Shown one piece after another: positions 1 to 9,259 of a DNA stretch of 34,404 nucleotides; the first letter of the stretch is position 1, and every line of letters begins with the position of its first letter. Made by a program: the position numbers and the translations under genes. Origin of the DNA: Dehalococcoidia bacterium (lineage in GTDB: Bacteria > Chloroflexota > Dehalococcoidia > DSTF01 > RBG-16-68-14); NCBI GenBank assembly GCA_040882355.1, contig JBBEBM010000026.1, positions 1-34,404 of the forward strand, given 5' to 3'. The notes below the pieces were generated by a model, which worked only from the letters and a program-made list of their open reading frames with translations, ran no database searches and was not told where the DNA came from.

Positions 1-1709
1 ACGACGGGCTCCCAGGGCCGCTCGCCCCGGGCGATCTCGTCCAGCTCCTCCTCCATCTCCGCCGTGAAGCTCACGTCGAAGACGTCCGGGAAGTGCTCGA
101 CCAGCATGTCGTTGACGATGAGGCCCAACTCCTGCGGCACCAGCGCGCGGCCCTCCTTGTGGACGTAGCCGCGGTCCTGGATCGTCGAGAGCGTGGGCGC
201 GTACGTGCTCGGCCGGCCGATGCCGTTCTCCTCCAGCGCCTTCACCAGCGTCGCCTCCGTGAAGCGAGGCGGCGGCTCCGTGAAGTGCTGGTCCGGCTTG
301 ATTGCGAGCGCGCGCAGCGACTCGCCGACGTTCACCTCCGGCAGGCCACGCGGCCCATCCTCTTCCTCGTCCGACTCGTCGCGCATCACTTCGTAGAGCT
401 GGCGGTAGCCGGGGAAGCGCACCACGCTCTCGCTGGCGCGCAGCAGCAGCGCGTCCGAGCCGTCGGTGGGCTGGGCGTGCACCTCGATCGTCGTCAGGTC
501 GAAGATCGCGTCGGCCATCTGGCAGGCGACGAAGCGCTGCCAGATCAGCGTGTAGAGGCGAAGCTGGTCGCGGTTCAGCGCGTTGTTCAGGGAATCAGGC
601 TCGCGCATCGCCGACGTGGGCCGGATCGCCTCGTGCGCCTCCTGGGCGCCCTTGCTCTTGGTGCGGTACGTGCGCGGCGCCGGCGGCACGAAGTCGCCGC
701 CGAAGCGTTGGGTGATGTAGGCGCGCGCCTCGTCCTTCGCGGACTCGGCGATGTTCGTCGAGTCGGTACGCATGTAGGTGATGAGGCCGGCCTGGCCCTG
801 CCCGGGCAGCTCCAGACCCTCGTAGAGCTGCTGGGCCAGTGCCATCGTTCGCTTCGCCGAGTAGCCGAAGCGCCGCGAGGCGTCCTGCTGGAGCGTGCTC
901 GTCGTGAAGGGCGGCGCGGGGCGGCGCGTCTGCGGCCGCTTCTTGAGGTCTGCGACCTGGTGCCCGGCCGAGCGCAGCAGCCCGACGATGCGGTCCGCTT
1001 CCGTCTGGTCCGGGATCTCGGCCTTCTTCTTGCCAACCGGCGCCACGTAGTGGGCGGTGAAGGGCGTGTCGTTGCCGACCTTCGCGAGGTCGGCGTCGAT
1101 CGTCCAGTATTCCCTGGGCACGAAGGCCTGTATCTCGCGCTCGCGTTCCACGACCATGCGCAGCGCCACCGACTGCACACGCCCGGCCGAGAGGCCGCGC
1201 CGGATCTTCTGCCAGAGCACAGGGCTGATCGTGTAGCCGACCAAGCGGTCCAGCACGCGACGCGCCTGCTGCGCGTCGACGAGCCGGTAGTCGATGGGCC
1301 GCGGGTGCTCGAACGCCTCGCGCACGGCCTCGGGCGTGATCTCGTGGAAGACGACGCGCTGGTGCGGGCGGTCCTCCAGCTTCGCAGCCTTGAGCAGGTG
1401 CCAGGAGATCGCCTCGCCCTCGCGGTCGGGGTCAGTGGCCAGGTAGATCTGGTCCACGCCTTCCGCCGCCTTTTCAATGTCCTTTACTACCTGCTTCTTC
1501 TCTTTCGGGATCAGGTAGTACGGCTCGAAGCCGTTCTCGACGTCGACGCCGAGGCGGCTCTTCGGCAGGTCGCGGACGTGCCCGACCGAGGCGCGGATGT
1601 CGTAACCCGAGCCGAGGATGCCGGCCAGCGTCCGCGCCTTCGCCGGCGACTCGACGATGACCAGGCTCTTCTTGCCGTTTGTCGTTGTGCCCTTGGTTTT
1701 CTTTGCCAA
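1..1709 (-). CDS. topA: DNA topoisomerase I (type IA), runs off the left edge of the window
   Basis: Manual translation from TTG at 1709: MAKKTKGTTTNGKKSLVIVESPAKARTLAGILGSGYDIRASVGHVRDLPKSRLGVDVE. Later motifs ATDPDREGEAI, SAGRVQSVAL, ITYMRTDS (catalytic Tyr), QEAHEAIRP and GIGRPSTYA. Starts 1 nt after the dprA stop. Absent from the ORF track because no stop lies in the window. Confidence 0.97.
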   Translation of the reverse strand, partial: MAKKTKGTTTNGKKSLVIVESPAKARTLAGILGSGYDIRASVGHVRDLPKSRLGVDVENGFEPYYLIPKEKKQVVKDIEKAAEGVDQIYLATDPDREGEAISWHLLKAAKLEDRPHQRVVFHEITPEAVREAFEHPRPIDYRLVDAQQARRVLDRLVGYTISPVLWQKIRRGLSAGRVQSVALRMVVEREREIQAFVPREYWTIDADLAKVGNDTPFTAHYVAPVGKKKAEIPDQTEADRIVGLLRSAGHQVADLKKRPQTRRPAPPFTTSTLQQDASRRFGYSAKRTMALAQQLYEGLELPGQGQAGLITYMRTDSTNIAESAKDEARAYITQRFGGDFVPPAPRTYRTKSKGAQEAHEAIRPTSAMREPDSLNNALNRDQLRLYTLIWQRFVACQMADAIFDLTTIEVHAQPTDGSDALLLRASESVVRFPGYRQLYEVMRDESDEEEDGPRGLPEVNVGESLRALAIKPDQHFTEPPPRFTEATLVKALEENGIGRPSTYAPTLSTIQDRGYVHKEGRALVPQELGLIVNDMLVEHFPDVFDVSFTAEMEEELDEIARGERPWEPV

Positions 1710-1710
1710 G

Positions 1711-2826
1711 TTATGCCTCGTATGCAACCCGGACGTCTCGTGCCTTCACGTAGTTCATGTTCCCGACGGGGCGCACCATGCCCTTCAGCTCCAGCATCGC
1801 GAGGACGCTGCTCACCGTCTCGATGGGCAGGCCGCACTCGCGACGCACATCGTCAATATGTATCGGCTCGATGGTGAGGTGCCGCAATAGGAGGGCCTCC
1901 GTATCATCGGCCGGCAGCAGCTCCTTCGCTTCGACCTGGTGGACGGCCATCGAGAGGTTCAGCTCCTCCAGAATGTCCTCCACGCGGGTCACCAGCTTCG
2001 CCTGGCCCGCCTGGATCAGCCAGTTCGTGCCTCGGAACGTCGGAGCGTAGATGCTGCCGGGCACCGCGAAGACCTCTCGATTCTCGTCGAGCGCCTGTCG
2101 GGCCGTGATCAGCGCCCCGCTCTTTATGTCGCCTTCGACGACGAGCACTCCCAGGCCGATGCCGACCATGATCCGGTTACGGCGAGGGAAGAACTCGCTG
2201 CGCGGCTGTGTGCCGACCGCGTAGTCGCTCACGAGGGCGCCAGCTTCCATGATCTCGTGCGCCAGGCGTAGGTGCTCCGGCGGGTAGATCAGGTCCAGCC
2301 CGCAAGCGAGCACGGCGATCGTGCGCCCGCCCGCCGTCAGCGCCGTCTTGTGCCCGATGGCGTCGATACCGCGCGCGAGCCCGCTCACGACCGTCACGCC
2401 ATTCCGCGCGAGGCCGTCCGCGAGCTCCTCGGCGGCCTGTCGCCCGTACACCGTCGCCCGGCGAGTGCCCACCAGCGCGACCGACCATTCATCGGCGGCG
2501 GTGAGCTGGCCGCGCACGTAGATGAGCGGCGGACGGTCGAAGATCTCTTTCAGCCGCGATGGGTACTGGTCGTCGTGCCAGGTGAGCGCCCTCACTCCCA
2601 GGGTATCGAGCCTGTCAAGCTCCGCCTCGGGAGCGATGGCGTCCCGGGCGGCGAGCAGCGCCGAAAGCGCCGAACCGGTCAGCCCCGCCGCCTGAAGCGC
2701 GGCCGGACTCGCCTTCCAGGCCTCCTCCATGGAGCCGAAGCCTGCCTCCAATAGCGAAAAGCGCGCCCGCCCGATCTGCGGCACGCGCCCGAAGGCTACC
2801 CAGTATTGCAGCTCGCTTCTATCCAT
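1711..2826 (-). CDS. dprA: DNA-processing protein DprA (Smf)
   Basis: Motifs VALVGTRRATVYG, VVSGLARGIDAIGH, FFPRRNRIM, KSGALITA and EVFAVPGSI; C-terminal winged helix LAMLELKG; conserved dprA-topA adjacency. Confidence 0.97.
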   Translation of the reverse strand: MDRSELQYWVAFGRVPQIGRARFSLLEAGFGSMEEAWKASPAALQAAGLTGSALSALLAARDAIAPEAELDRLDTLGVRALTWHDDQYPSRLKEIFDRPPLIYVRGQLTAADEWSVALVGTRRATVYGRQAAEELADGLARNGVTVVSGLARGIDAIGHKTALTAGGRTIAVLACGLDLIYPPEHLRLAHEIMEAGALVSDYAVGTQPRSEFFPRRNRIMVGIGLGVLVVEGDIKSGALITARQALDENREVFAVPGSIYAPTFRGTNWLIQAGQAKLVTRVEDILEELNLSMAVHQVEAKELLPADDTEALLLRHLTIEPIHIDDVRRECGLPIETVSSVLAMLELKGMVRPVGNMNYVKARDVRVAYEA

Positions 2827-2837
2827 CGGTTCCGATC

Positions 2838-2846
2838 ATGCTAGCA
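2838..2846 (-). promoter_or_regulatory. Putative extended -10 promoter (TGC-TAGCAT) of dprA
   Basis: The minus strand reads TGCTAGCAT, ending 11 nt before the dprA ATG. Confidence 0.4.
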
Positions 2847-2935
2847 CACAAGCGTTCTAGTACCTCGGATCGAGGGTAACCGCATTCGGGCCTTGATGTC
2901 CAGTAGGGAGTATCCGCCAGCATAGTTAGTATTCG

Positions 2936-4228
2936 TTATGTCTCCTGTAGCTTCGATCCGCCGCCCTCGGCGGATACGGCCTCCCGGGCCACCCGCACCT
3001 TTTTGATCCGATGGCCCAGCGTGGAGAGCACCCGCAGGCTGAGGCCGTCCGCACGCACCTCGTCGCCCGGGGCGGGCATGCGGCCGAGTTGGTGGTAGAC
3101 GAAGCCGCCCACGCTATCGAAGTCCTCGCCTTCAATCTGAAGTCCGAACAGTTCGTTCAGGGCGTCGATACTGACGCGGGCGTCCACGATCGCCTCCGTA
3201 TCCGTCACCCGCTCGATGCTCGCCTCCTCGCGGTCGTACTCGTCCTGAATCTCGCCGACGATCTCCTCCAGCACATCCTCGATCGTCACGAGGCCCGCCG
3301 TGCCGCCGTACTCGTCGACGACGATCGCCATGTGCACCTTGTGCTCGCGCAGCTCCGCCAGCAGCTCGTCGATGTGCTTGCCTTCCGGCACGAAGTAAGG
3401 CGGCCGCGCGATCTCCTGAAGCGGTGGCTTCTTGCCCTCTGCGAGGCAGCCGAGGAGGTCCTTCGCATAGACGATGCCAGTGATATTGTCCGTTGTCTCC
3501 TCGAAGAGCGGGATGCGGCTGTAGCCGCGCTCCATCACCAGGCGCAGGACGTCGTCCACCGTCGCGTCGGACTCCACCGCCACCATGTCGATGCGTGGCA
3601 CCATGATCTCGCGCGCGGGCCGGTCGACCATGCCCGCGATGCGCTTGATCATCGATAGCTCGCCGTTCTGAGCGCCGCCGTTCCCTTCCTGCAGCTCGAC
3701 GAGGCGCAGCAGATCGTCGTCGTCCTCAGCCGCCTCGAACGGGCGCTCGCCGCGATCGCGCGCCGGCACGAGGGCGCGAGCGACGCGGTCGAGCAGGCGC
3801 GCAGGGAGGCCAAAGACGAGCCGGAGCACGCCCATCGCCGGCACCAGGCGCAGGCCCCAGCGTTCCGGACTGTGGGCGACGATCAGTCTGGGTATCGCCT
3901 CCAGCAGGGCCAGGGCCAGGAGCGCGCCCGCCATCGTTGCGGCCAGGGCAGCCCACGTGTGGCCGGTCTCGCGCAGCACCAGGAAGGTGCCGGTCGCAAT
4001 GCCCACGACGATCGCAACGTCGCGCGCGACCGTGACGGCGCCGAGCAGCGCGTGGCGCTCGCGGATGTACGTTTCGAGCGCGGCGGCGTGCGGCTGCCCC
4101 TTGGCGGCGATCGCGCGAACGCGGGCCCGGCTGATGAAGACCACGCCGGCCTCCGCCGCCGTGGCGATCACGAGCACGACCAGCGACGCCGCGAGCAGGA
4201 AGATCCCCAACCAGGTGTCGGCGCTCAC
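2936..4228 (-). CDS. Hemolysin/CorC-HlyC family membrane protein (CNNM/DUF21 + 2xCBS + CorC_HlyC)
   Basis: N-terminal TM helices, then AREIMVPRIDM, GYSRIP, HMAIVVDEYGGTAGLVTIEDVLEEIVGEIQDEYD and DFDSVGGFV. GTG start overlaps the glmU stop (GTGA). Confidence 0.93.
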   Translation of the reverse strand: MSADTWLGIFLLAASLVVLVIATAAEAGVVFISRARVRAIAAKGQPHAAALETYIRERHALLGAVTVARDVAIVVGIATGTFLVLRETGHTWAALAATMAGALLALALLEAIPRLIVAHSPERWGLRLVPAMGVLRLVFGLPARLLDRVARALVPARDRGERPFEAAEDDDDLLRLVELQEGNGGAQNGELSMIKRIAGMVDRPAREIMVPRIDMVAVESDATVDDVLRLVMERGYSRIPLFEETTDNITGIVYAKDLLGCLAEGKKPPLQEIARPPYFVPEGKHIDELLAELREHKVHMAIVVDEYGGTAGLVTIEDVLEEIVGEIQDEYDREEASIERVTDTEAIVDARVSIDALNELFGLQIEGEDFDSVGGFVYHQLGRMPAPGDEVRADGLSLRVLSTLGHRIKKVRVAREAVSAEGGGSKLQET

Positions 4229-5598
4229 GTCTCCGCTGCCCGCTCCCCTGCCCCACGCGCGATGCGCGCCGGCGCGCCGACCGCCAGCGCGCCCGGCGGC
4301 ACGTCCTTCGTTACCACGGAGCCCGCGCCCGTGCGGGCTCCGTCGCCGACCGTCACCGGCGCCACCAGCATCGTATCGCTGCCGATGAAGACGCCCCTGC
4401 CGATTACCGTACGGCTCTTGACGAGGCCGTCGTAGTTGCAGGTGATCGTGCCGGCGCCGATGTTCGTCTCGTCACCCACCTCGGCGTCGCCGATGTAGCT
4501 GAAGTGGTGCATCTTGACGCCTCGACCGAGCCGCGCGTTCTTCACCTCGGCGAAGTTGCCCATCTCCACACCGCTGCCCAGGTAGGCCCCGGGCCGGAGA
4601 CGGCTGTACGGCCCAACAGCGACGTCTTCCTCGAGCGTCGCCTCCTCCACAGTCGATGCGACGATCCGGCAACGATCGCCTGCCGTCGCGTCGCGCAGCA
4701 TGCTGTTCGGCCCGATGCGACAGTCCCGGCCGATGACAGTCGCGCCGCGCAGGTAGGTGTTCGGTTCGATCGTCGTGTCCTGACCGATCGTCACGTCCGC
4801 GTCGATGTACGTCGTCGCGGGGTCGATCAGCGTCACGCCCGCGAGCAGGTGGCGCCGGTTGATCCGCCGTCGCAGCAGCGCCTCGACGTGGGTGAGCTGC
4901 TCGCGGTCGTTGATGCCGCGCACCTCGTCCGTATCGGCCAGCTCCGCTTGCACCGCCGCGCCCTCGTCGACCGCGATCGCTATGAGCGAGGTCAGGTAGC
5001 GCTCTCCGTTCGCCGCCCGTGGCAGCTCCTCGAGGCGCGACCAGAGCCAGGCCGCGCGGAAGCAGTACTGGCCGGCGTTGATCTCCGCCGGGCCCCCGGC
5101 TGCTTCCGCTCGCTCCGGCGCTTCGACGACACCAAGCACACGATCGTCGGCGTCGCGCTGAACGCGGCCGTACTCGCCTGCGTCCTCCGCCTGCGCCGTG
5201 AGGAACGTGAGATCGGCGGACTGCTCCTCGTGCGATCGCGCGAGCCCGGCCAGCGTCTCGCCTGTGATCAGAGGCACGTCGCCGTTGAGCACGAGCACCT
5301 GCTCGCAGTCACCGGTCGCTTCGCGCGCGCGCTGGACCGCGTCGCCCGTGCCCAGCGGCTCCGTCTGCGTGACATACGCCACGCCATCGCCCAGCGCAGC
5401 GCGCACCGCGCCGGCGCTGGCCGGCGCGACCACGACGAAGCAGCGCTCGAAGCCCGCCTCCCGCGCCGCCTGGACGACGTGGCGCACCATCGCGCGCCCG
5501 GCGAGCGGGTGGAGCACCTTGGGAAGCGACGAGCGCATCCGCTTGCCCTGGCCCGCGGCCAGCACGATCACGCTCCAACTAGAGAGAGGGCTGCTCAT
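4225..5598 (-). CDS. glmU: Bifunctional UDP-GlcNAc pyrophosphorylase / glucosamine-1-phosphate N-acetyltransferase
   Basis: Motifs LAAGQGKRMRSSLPKVLH, LGTGDAV, EINAG, GINDR, GNFAEVKN, HHFSYIGDA, NIGAGTITCNYDG and hexapeptide repeats. Start is ATG 5598 or TTG 5601. Confidence 0.97.
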   Translation of the reverse strand: MSSPLSSWSVIVLAAGQGKRMRSSLPKVLHPLAGRAMVRHVVQAAREAGFERCFVVVAPASAGAVRAALGDGVAYVTQTEPLGTGDAVQRAREATGDCEQVLVLNGDVPLITGETLAGLARSHEEQSADLTFLTAQAEDAGEYGRVQRDADDRVLGVVEAPERAEAAGGPAEINAGQYCFRAAWLWSRLEELPRAANGERYLTSLIAIAVDEGAAVQAELADTDEVRGINDREQLTHVEALLRRRINRRHLLAGVTLIDPATTYIDADVTIGQDTTIEPNTYLRGATVIGRDCRIGPNSMLRDATAGDRCRIVASTVEEATLEEDVAVGPYSRLRPGAYLGSGVEMGNFAEVKNARLGRGVKMHHFSYIGDAEVGDETNIGAGTITCNYDGLVKSRTVIGRGVFIGSDTMLVAPVTVGDGARTGAGSVVTKDVPPGALAVGAPARIARGAGERAAET

Positions 5599-5799
5599 CA
5601 AGAGGTACGCGCAGGCGCGGCTCGTGGGAGAGCCGTCGCGACGGTCGTTGGGTTACTCACAAGCCATCAGGAAGGAAGCGCTCGAAATGAGCGCGGCACA
5701 CCGAGTCCAGCCGGGGGAAGCTGCGGATGAGTTGCTATCGTGAGGAGGGTCGTCGTCTGTTCGTTCCACCGAAGCGCCTTATCTTATCGACTCCACGCT

Positions 5800-5829
5800 A
5801 TCGTAACGGGGACTGTCCAGGCCTGTCAA
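5800..5829 (-). promoter_or_regulatory. Putative sigma70 promoter of the glmU operon
   Basis: The minus strand reads TTGACA (5829-5824), 18-nt spacer, TACGAT (5805-5800). This implies a ~195-nt leader. Confidence 0.6.
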
Positions 5830-5901
5830 GGTGAGTATGGCCTTCATCCTATACGGGACTATCGGCTGTTGGCAGACGCACCGAGAGCGGGCCGGTCGCC
5901 T

Positions 5902-7140
5902 TCATGCCGCCTGCCGCTTCGCTTTAGCCGGCGGGAGCGCTGCTACAGGAGCGCGCGACTGCGCGGTCGGGAGCAGCGCCACCGCCGCGTACAGCGGTAC
6001 GAGCAGGAACACCCCCGGCGACACGCCGCTCAGCGTCACCGCCCAGCGCAGGAACAGCGCGTCGAACAGCAGCAGGGTGATTGACAGCGCCTGGACCTCA
6101 TCGATCCGCCCTGCGCGCCACAGCTCGCGCAGCATCAGCGCCCCGACGGGCCAGAGGAGCACGAGGCTCTGTCCGTGCAGGTGCGGCGACACGATCACAG
6201 GCAGGAGCAGCGCGACCGCCCATTTCTGCTCCGTCGAGACGCCGTCGCGGCGCCAGCAGCGCACCGCGAGGACGAGCGCGATCAGCGCAATCAGCGCCCA
6301 GCCCGGCCCCCACACCGCGAAGCTGTCGTCGAGGCCGAGGCTCACCAGGAAGCCGCGCCAGTTCGCCATCATCTCTACCATGCCCACGCTGCCCAGCGCC
6401 TCGATGTTGCCGCGGACCGCCTCGAAGCCCATGCCCAGCACCGGCGCCGCCGCCAGCACCGCACCCATCCCTACGAACGGCGCCAGCACGCGCCACTGAC
6501 CCGTGACCAGGAGCAGCAACAGCACGCCGAGCGCGAGCTGCGGCTTCATCAACACGATCGACAGCACCAGACCGGCCTCCAGGGGGCGGCCCCGTTGCGC
6601 GAGCAGATACCCTCCCAGGAGCGCCGCCAGGATCAAAAGATCGACCTGGCCCGCCGCGAGCACCGACGCCACCGGAATGCTGAGCGCCGCCGCGGCGAGG
6701 AAGGCCCGTCGCGCGACCCCGGAGAGCGGCGGCAGGACCTCCCGCAGCATCGCCAGGCAGCCCGCCAGCAGCGCCAGGTTCATCCCCCACATGACGCCGT
6801 AAGCAGCGCCCAACGGCAGCGCCGCCACCGGCGCGAACGCATACGCAACGAAGGCGGGCATGGCGAAGACCAGCGGTCGGTCGTAGTTCTCGCCCGACAG
6901 CTCGCGCTGGGCCGCCTCCTGCGCGTCCAGGTCGTAGAGCTGCTCCTCGTGGCCCTCGCGCACGAGCCAGCCGGCCGTATAGAAGGACGAGAGGTCGAGC
7001 GTGGCGGACTCGCCTCGGGCGACAAGCGCCACCGTGCTCGCCGTCAGCACGACCGTCAGCAGCCCTACGAGGGCGGCCGAGAGCAGAAGCGCGACAAGCC
7101 AGACCGGACGGCGCTGTTGGAGAGACAGAGAGCGCTCCAC
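5902..7140 (-). CDS. Glycosyltransferase family 87 (DUF2029-like) GT-C membrane protein
   Basis: Polytopic hydrophobic protein with DLSSFYTAG..LYD, FAMPAF, GQVD, LMKPQL and SPHLH motifs typical of GT87-like proteins. Confidence 0.8.
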   Translation of the reverse strand: MERSLSLQQRRPVWLVALLLSAALVGLLTVVLTASTVALVARGESATLDLSSFYTAGWLVREGHEEQLYDLDAQEAAQRELSGENYDRPLVFAMPAFVAYAFAPVAALPLGAAYGVMWGMNLALLAGCLAMLREVLPPLSGVARRAFLAAAALSIPVASVLAAGQVDLLILAALLGGYLLAQRGRPLEAGLVLSIVLMKPQLALGVLLLLLVTGQWRVLAPFVGMGAVLAAAPVLGMGFEAVRGNIEALGSVGMVEMMANWRGFLVSLGLDDSFAVWGPGWALIALIALVLAVRCWRRDGVSTEQKWAVALLLPVIVSPHLHGQSLVLLWPVGALMLRELWRAGRIDEVQALSITLLLFDALFLRWAVTLSGVSPGVFLLVPLYAAVALLPTAQSRAPVAALPPAKAKRQAA

Positions 7141-7352
7141 TTCGCTTCAGTATCGACGCGCGGGAACGAAGGCTGAATCGGGGGTCCGCTGCTCGAAAGG
7201 CGTCGAGCACTGGCCGGGGAATGCTAATACGGGTACCCGAGCGCAGGGGCGCCGGCTGGAGGACGCGCCCGCCGCGCCACCACCCCATTCTAGGCGCCGC
7301 GCGATCTTGCCGATACCTCTACTGACGTGCGGAAGGGGGAAACTGGCCTCTC

Positions 7353-9002
7353 ATGAGAAAGGCGATCGCCGACGCGCCTGCCCTGGCCGGAACAACACCG
7401 GTCCGGGGCTTGACCGATCTCGCCTCGGCTGCGTCTCGCATTATCCCCTGGCTGGCGCTTGCACCGATCCTCAGTATCGGCCTGTTCCTGCGCGTGTACC
7501 AGTTAGACGGCGATCCTGTGACGATCTATCCCGACACCTATGCCCAGATGCGGGCAATAGAGAACCTCCTCTCGGCACACTTTCCCATTTCCTACCTCTA
7601 CCCGCCGGGAATCGCCATTGCCCTCGCGCCGCTCTTTGTGTTCGTGCCGCTCTCCCTCACGACGCTGCAGGTGACCATCGAGATGGCCGGCATGGCGCTG
7701 ATACTGGTCGCCTTACTCACAAGCTGGCTGGTCACTCGCGACCGCCTGGCCGCTCTCTTCACGGCATTGGCTGTCGCCGTCAGCGGGACGTTCGTCTTCT
7801 ATTCGCGGGTCGTCTGGTTCGATTCGGTCAATCTGCTCCTCGTCGTGGCAACGATCCTACTTGCTCCCTACGTGACGCGGCGAGGAGCGACCGCGCTCCT
7901 GCCCTACGGCCTGCTTGTGTTCGCCACCGTTACGGTCCGCTACACCAACGCCGTGCTCCTCCCGGTGCTTTTCCTCGCCTCATTCGAGGTCGGCTCCCGA
8001 CCTCTTAACCTTCGAAGCGCCGTGCAGCACCTGCGCTCGCGCCAGGTGGTGACGGTGGGGCTAATCATCGTTGCGCTGTACGCCGTCTACATCGCGACAA
8101 CGCTCGATTCCTTTACGCGCTTCTTCAATCCAAAGGCAGGGAGCGTCATCGATCTTCACTACTTCGTGCCGCGCTTGGGACGGTATCTTCAGGCCAGTCT
8201 CATCGGTTACGGCGAGCTCTTCCGCGGCCTTGGAATCGTGGAGTCGGTCGCGCTGGCGGCGTTCGCCGCGCTGGGCGCCCACAGGCTATGGCGCACAAAC
8301 CGCGCTGTGATGGCCCCCCTGGCCCTGCTCCTCCTGACCTGGGCGCCGGTGCACGCCCTCTACAACGTCTTCGCGAGCCGGTACGCCATGCCGGCGTTCT
8401 TCTTCGTGCTGGTCCTGGCCGGCTACGGTGTTTCCACCGGTTTTGAATGGGCGAGAGGCCTGGGCGGGACGGCGCACAGAGCTCTAGCCCTGAGCCTGGT
8501 GACGATCACAGCCACGGTGGTCATCGGCCTCCAGATCGGGCTGACGACCAGCCTCCTACAAGCGTGGCCACCGGGTGACGGCAACCGGACCGACGTGACC
8601 CAGAGTAAGGAAGCTGCGTACGACCAGATCCGTGACGTCCTGCGCGACCTCGACGGATCGCGCACCACGCTCCTCTCTACCCAAGTCCTTGCGCTCGATC
8701 GCTCCAACTCGGCTATGGCGACCTACGACTTGATCCGCCACTCAGAGACGTATGGGATCAATGCCGACTCCAACCAGCAACTACTCTCATATGTGCGGGA
8801 CCAGCAGGCCTCAGGGAGAACGGTGTACTATCACTACACCGAGTTCGAAGACCTCGAGGAGGAGTTTCAGAAGTACGAAGCCGGCTATGACGCCTACTTT
8901 CGCGCGCTGCGCGACGAGTTCTCCTTGCGAGAGGTCGTCCGCGCGACCGAACGCCAGCAGCAGCGGCTCTACGTGATCGAACCAGTGGCTGACCCATCGT
9001 AG
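7353..9002 (+). CDS. GT-C fold membrane glycosyltransferase (ArnT/GT39-like) with a soluble C-terminal domain
   Basis: LFLRVYQL first helix, loop with PD (IYPDTY), YPPG, many TM segments, SRYAMP motif and a hydrophilic C-terminal domain. Codon usage is visibly more A/T-rich than in the core genes. Confidence 0.65.
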   Translation: MRKAIADAPALAGTTPVRGLTDLASAASRIIPWLALAPILSIGLFLRVYQLDGDPVTIYPDTYAQMRAIENLLSAHFPISYLYPPGIAIALAPLFVFVPLSLTTLQVTIEMAGMALILVALLTSWLVTRDRLAALFTALAVAVSGTFVFYSRVVWFDSVNLLLVVATILLAPYVTRRGATALLPYGLLVFATVTVRYTNAVLLPVLFLASFEVGSRPLNLRSAVQHLRSRQVVTVGLIIVALYAVYIATTLDSFTRFFNPKAGSVIDLHYFVPRLGRYLQASLIGYGELFRGLGIVESVALAAFAALGAHRLWRTNRAVMAPLALLLLTWAPVHALYNVFASRYAMPAFFFVLVLAGYGVSTGFEWARGLGGTAHRALALSLVTITATVVIGLQIGLTTSLLQAWPPGDGNRTDVTQSKEAAYDQIRDVLRDLDGSRTTLLSTQVLALDRSNSAMATYDLIRHSETYGINADSNQQLLSYVRDQQASGRTVYYHYTEFEDLEEEFQKYEAGYDAYFRALRDEFSLREVVRATERQQQRLYVIEPVADPS

Positions 9003-9122
9003 GGCCCGCCCCGCGGCGCCCCCGCCCCCTCCGCGACGGAGCGGCCGTCGGCTCGCGTGGTGTACGACGGCCCCGGCGCGACGGTCTTCGCGCGGCGCTC
9101 TCGTTAGTCGCCGCCGCGCGCC

Positions 9123-9151
9123 TCGACCCCGCACACCCAGCCAACTATACT
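9123..9151 (+). promoter_or_regulatory. Putative sigma70 promoter upstream of ruvX
   Basis: TCGACC (9123-9128), 17-nt spacer, TATACT (9146-9151). Predicted transcription start ~9156-9158. Confidence 0.55.
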
Positions 9152-9155
9152 GTCC

Positions 9156-9259
9156 GTACCAACCGCCTGAGGCCGGGAACGCAGGGAGTTGCGGCGTCTC
9201 GGGCCATAATCGCAAGGAGCCCGTAACCGACTCGCCTCGCTGATGGCGGTCCTTGGTGC
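9156..9259 (+). ncRNA. Candidate structured leader or small RNA (family not recognised)
   Basis: Nested complementary segments: GTACCAA/TTGGTGC, CCGCC/GGCGG, TGAGGC/GCCTCG and GTTGCGG/CCGTAAC. The 5' end coincides with the predicted transcription start. Confidence 0.3.

Noticed and set aside
93..1877. 594-aa plus-strand ORF
   Set aside because: Antisense shadow of topA, which has all type IA motifs on the minus strand. Long stop-free shadows are expected at this GC content.
2880..2925. 12-nt matches to 34035-34046 (GCCCGAATGCGG, inverted) and to 19958-19969 (CCGCCAGCATAG)
   Set aside because: Matches of this length can arise by chance in 34 kb of high-GC DNA. The second is probably just a shared TATGCT -10 context.
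5602..5799. glmS ribozyme, SRP RNA (TCAGGAAGGAAGC at ~5667) or tRNA upstream of glmU
   Set aside because: No glmS catalytic core, the SRP TCAGG-stem-GGAA-stem-AGCAG geometry is incomplete, and no cloverleaf or TTC-loop is visible.
7170..7230. c-di-AMP (ydaO) riboswitch-like start GCTGAATCGGGGG
   Set aside because: The conserved 3' elements are missing; only a short chance match.
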